A stretch of DNA of 20,000 nt from an uncultured virus (IMG/VR IMGVR_UViG_3300032295_003754) (lineage: Duplodnaviria; Heunggongvirae; Uroviricota; Caudoviricetes), in the IMG/VR virus record IMGVR_UViG_3300032295_003754, one strand, 5' to 3'. Below, piece by piece: positions 17,458 through 20,000 of this stretch. Below the pieces are notes generated by a model. The model was given only the letters and a program-made list of their open reading frames with translations, was not told the DNA's origin and ran no database searches. The number at the start of each line of letters is the position of its first letter. The first letter of the stretch is position 1. Both the position numbers and the translations under genes were made by a program.

Positions 17458-18275
17458 GATAAGTCAAGACTATTTATGTAATCCAAAAGGATTTGTGGAT
17501 TATTACACATGTGTCTAAAATCCTCTTCTTCAAATCTAAAGTAAAATTTCCTTTGAACACTTTCATGTTCTATATCCTTAGCGCCAGGTACAAACTGATC
17601 CTTCCAATTCTCATAAAAATATGAAAGTGTATAAATTGGTTCATCATCACCAACTTTCCTCTTTGTGAAAGATATTCTTTTATTAATTTTAACAATTCCA
17701 CTCACTTCAAATCCAGGTGCTGGTTTTTCCCATTCAATTGTAAAAAATTCAACACCTATTTTTGATGGGCCATATGATGATTTCCAATCAGAATCAAGAT
17801 TTGATTTAAATGTTTTTACAAAATCTAAACCCAAATCAACTACCCTTCCTTTATCTCGGATATTCCAATATTCTTTTTGACTGATTTGGTCTAAATGAAA
17901 ATCCAAGAATGATTCTGTGATTACATCAGTTTTTGGAAAAATCCTAAAACTAACAAATCTCTGTGGAAAGTTTTTTATTTCTAAGTTCATATCCAGACCC
18001 ATCCCCTTTAACCTTCTAGTAATACCCACCATCCTTTCATCCCATAAGGGATTATCCAACCAATCAGAATCTGATAAATCCTTCCATATAGAATGAATAG
18101 TGACCTGTAACTCCTTATTTACAATCATAGGATGGATAAGAACCTTACCCTCATCAGCAAAGTCAATGAAAAGGTCCTCAATGTCCTCTAAATCAACATT
18201 CCATAAATCACAAATCTGCTTAGCATATTGTGGACCGTGATATTCAAACCCCTCAAACCTCCTCAGATGCTTCAT
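17454..18275 (-). CDS. hypothetical two-module protein with MKHLRRFE leader
   Basis: ATGA overlap with the downstream gene; internal VITESF. Confidence 0.8.
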   Translation of the reverse strand: MKHLRRFEGFEYHGPQYAKQICDLWNVDLEDIEDLFIDFADEGKVLIHPMIVNKELQVTIHSIWKDLSDSDWLDNPLWDERMVGITRRLKGMGLDMNLEIKNFPQRFVSFRIFPKTDVITESFLDFHLDQISQKEYWNIRDKGRVVDLGLDFVKTFKSNLDSDWKSSYGPSKIGVEFFTIEWEKPAPGFEVSGIVKINKRISFTKRKVGDDEPIYTLSYFYENWKDQFVPGAKDIEHESVQRKFYFRFEEEDFRHMCNNPQILLDYINSLDLS

Positions 18276-18621
18276 ACTTATAATAAATTAAATTTATAAC
18301 CCCATAGTATTTAGGGTGGTTATGTCTGTATAATTGTGAACAACCACTGAACTTTAATCCATAATCCTGCATTATTTGACTATGAATCGGTGCAAGTTCA
18401 TTTTTTATTTTATAATAAACATCCATAGGTGAGTGTTCGTATCCGTGTGGAAGGTATATCTTTACTTGCATCCTTTCCATTCTTGGACCAGCATCTAACT
18501 CGTCCAAAACCACTTGAATACCAGCCCCTAAATCATCGGTAATACCAATAAACAAATCCTCGATTTGTTCATCGAACTTATCACTTATTAAGGACTCATT
18601 AAATCTCTTTAAATGTTTCAC
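18253..18621 (-). CDS. hypothetical protein with MKHLKRFNES leader (GTG start)
   Basis: AATATATA at 18627-18634 on the minus strand. Confidence 0.75.
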   Translation of the reverse strand: MKHLKRFNESLISDKFDEQIEDLFIGITDDLGAGIQVVLDELDAGPRMERMQVKIYLPHGYEHSPMDVYYKIKNELAPIHSQIMQDYGLKFSGCSQLYRHNHPKYYGVINLIYYKYEASEEV

Positions 18622-18648
18622 ATATCTATATATTCAAATAATCGATGA

Positions 18649-19020
18649 TTATTTCTTATTTCTGATTTGAGTTTTCTTTTTAGATGCTTCACATTTAGAT
18701 TTTATATAATCATGAGCTCTTTTTAATCTTTCTTTTGTATCTGGGTCTTTTGCTCTTTTATGAGCCACTCTTAACCTTTGTTCGATGAGGTTTAGTATTT
18801 GTGATTGTCTTTTATGTGATTTAGATTTGAATGATTGACTATTAATTGTTTGTTGAACATCTTCTTTAGTTCTGAACTTAACTGATACTGTATCATTAGG
18901 GTTTTCATCTGTATAAAGTCTTCTACTGGAACCTTTTGGTTTTTTACCAGTTCCTACTTTTGGGTCATTAGATTCTTCGAGTAGTTCTACAAAATCATTA
19001 AAATCACATAAGTGTTCCAT
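18649..19020 (-). CDS. basic hypothetical protein with leader
   Basis: Start moved to ATG 19020: MEHLCDFNDFVELLEE, then the Lys/Arg-rich DPKVGTGKKPKGSSRRLYTDENP domain. Confidence 0.75.
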   Translation of the reverse strand: MEHLCDFNDFVELLEESNDPKVGTGKKPKGSSRRLYTDENPNDTVSVKFRTKEDVQQTINSQSFKSKSHKRQSQILNLIEQRLRVAHKRAKDPDTKERLKRAHDYIKSKCEASKKKTQIRNKK

Positions 19021-19034
19021 ATAGCTCTCTTCAA

Positions 19035-19748
19035 TTAGAATTTTATAAACCAAGCTTTAACTGGTATACCTAATTGTAAAGCTATAGTAGTTCTTTTGTG
19101 GCCACCTACAAGGTGATAAGGTTTACCTTCTTTATTTTTCAAGTTGATTATAAATGGTGCTGGTTTAGATATTGATTTTTTTTTAACCAGTTCATCATAT
19201 GTTATTAGATATCTTTCCATATCAGCTGAAATTTGAGATAAATCAGTTTTTAATCTACTTCTTAAATCTTCAATACCTTCCACACCTGATTTAAAAGATA
19301 TTTTACCCCATATTCCACCTTGGCCAGAGTTAGGTCCAAATACTTGAGTGAAATCGCCCATATTACCGGTTTGTTTAACTTTGTCTAAAGACCAGTCTTC
19401 AAGTTTGCCTGATTTGATTAGGTTAAATACTTCCTTCTTAATATCTGATGGTGGATTTTCTTTAAAACTTTCCATTTCAGATTCAAGTCCAATACTATCT
19501 GGATTTTTACCAATAATCAATTTTCGTATCTCTTCTTTATCAGTTGTTCCTTTCTTTAAGTATTTAGATACGATGTAATGATATAAACTTGGTAATTTAG
19601 AATAAACCTTATCAAAGTTTTCTTTTATGAAGAAGAATTCTACATTATTAAGTAACTCATGCATTTCTTGATTAATCAATTCATCGGTTGGTCCTTCCCA
19701 AGAAATTGAATACTCTTGAAACTCTTCGTATAACTTTAAATATCTCAT
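19035..19748 (-). CDS. protein with MRYLKLYEEF leader and C-terminal ParB/Srx-like motif
   Basis: PAPFII...YHLVGGHKRTTIALQLG; AATATATA at 19770-19777 on the minus strand. Confidence 0.7.
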   Translation of the reverse strand: MRYLKLYEEFQEYSISWEGPTDELINQEMHELLNNVEFFFIKENFDKVYSKLPSLYHYIVSKYLKKGTTDKEEIRKLIIGKNPDSIGLESEMESFKENPPSDIKKEVFNLIKSGKLEDWSLDKVKQTGNMGDFTQVFGPNSGQGGIWGKISFKSGVEGIEDLRSRLKTDLSQISADMERYLITYDELVKKKSISKPAPFIINLKNKEGKPYHLVGGHKRTTIALQLGIPVKAWFIKF

Positions 19749-19820
19749 TAAAAAAAATAATATTTTAATTATATATTATTTTTTTATATACTAAATATAA
19801 ATCCAAATATCTAAGGAACT

Positions 19821-19988
19821 TTATGAATAATAGAGTTCTAACATAAGTGATTGTTCCCCATCATTTAAGGAATCTACAATTTCCATTAGTTCATCTACAA
19901 CATCATGGGATGCTTCACCATAAGTATCGATTTGGTCATTCGCCTTTTTTTGTAGGTAGATTGCTCTTTCAACTTTAGTCTGATTCAT
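19821..19988 (-). CDS. small acidic hypothetical protein (55 aa, not in ORF track)
   Basis: MNQTKVERAIYLQKKANDQIDTYGEASHDVVDELMEIVDSLNDGEQSLMLELYYS; TACCTTTG 4 nt upstream. Confidence 0.65.
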   Translation of the reverse strand: MNQTKVERAIYLQKKANDQIDTYGEASHDVVDELMEIVDSLNDGEQSLMLELYYS

Positions 19989-19992
19989 AAGA

Positions 19993-20000
19993 CAAAGGTA
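19993..20000 (-). promoter_or_regulatory. Bacteroidota-type -7 promoter element TACCTTTG
   Basis: Matches TAnnTTTG; 4 nt before ATG 19988. Confidence 0.55.

Noticed and set aside
3877..19578. Short antisense or nested ORFs in the track (3877, 6161, 6546, 7859, 8777, 10131, 10499, 11003, 11595, 11770, 12722, 12787, 14994, 15799, 17089, 17665, 19348)
   Set aside because: They lie opposite better-supported genes and show no motifs; treated as shadow ORFs.
1..20000. Alternative genetic code (stop-codon reassignment seen in some large phages)
   Set aside because: Genes are intact and densely packed under code 11. TAA, TGA and TAG all end genes at sensible positions (e.g. TAG at 8147-8149 and 11990-11992).

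Overview
AT-rich, gene-dense window that looks like part of a large (jumbo/huge) tailed-phage genome infecting a Bacteroidota host. This is an inference from Bacteroidota-type TAnnTTTG promoter elements, no obvious Shine-Dalgarno sites and Sec/lipoprotein signal peptides; no capsid or terminase gene is present. Left: partial IspD/TarI-like cytidylyltransferase and a uvrC-umuD-umuC repair cassette. Middle: HAD phosphatase, fucosyltransferase-like GT, M28 peptidase, TM2 and Imm-like membrane proteins, lipoproteins (one with a CxxCH heme motif), a Dam-like methyltransferase and a separate EcoRI-like endonuclease. Main signal: about 11 largely unrelated proteins, 8 of them in a tandem minus-strand array (13.8-19.7 kb), share a short N-terminal leader M-K/R-H/Y-L-K-x-F-E/N-(x)-(IN)E(S). 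It resembles the T4 internal-protein capsid-targeting sequence. Most of these genes follow an AATATATA promoter-like motif, and their payloads include kinase-like, ParB-like, RNase-like and repeated unknown domains, suggesting a modular virion-cargo system. The same motif also precedes a multi-hairpin non-coding element at about 4290-4385, a candidate ncRNA. All family calls come from motif reading, not database searches.
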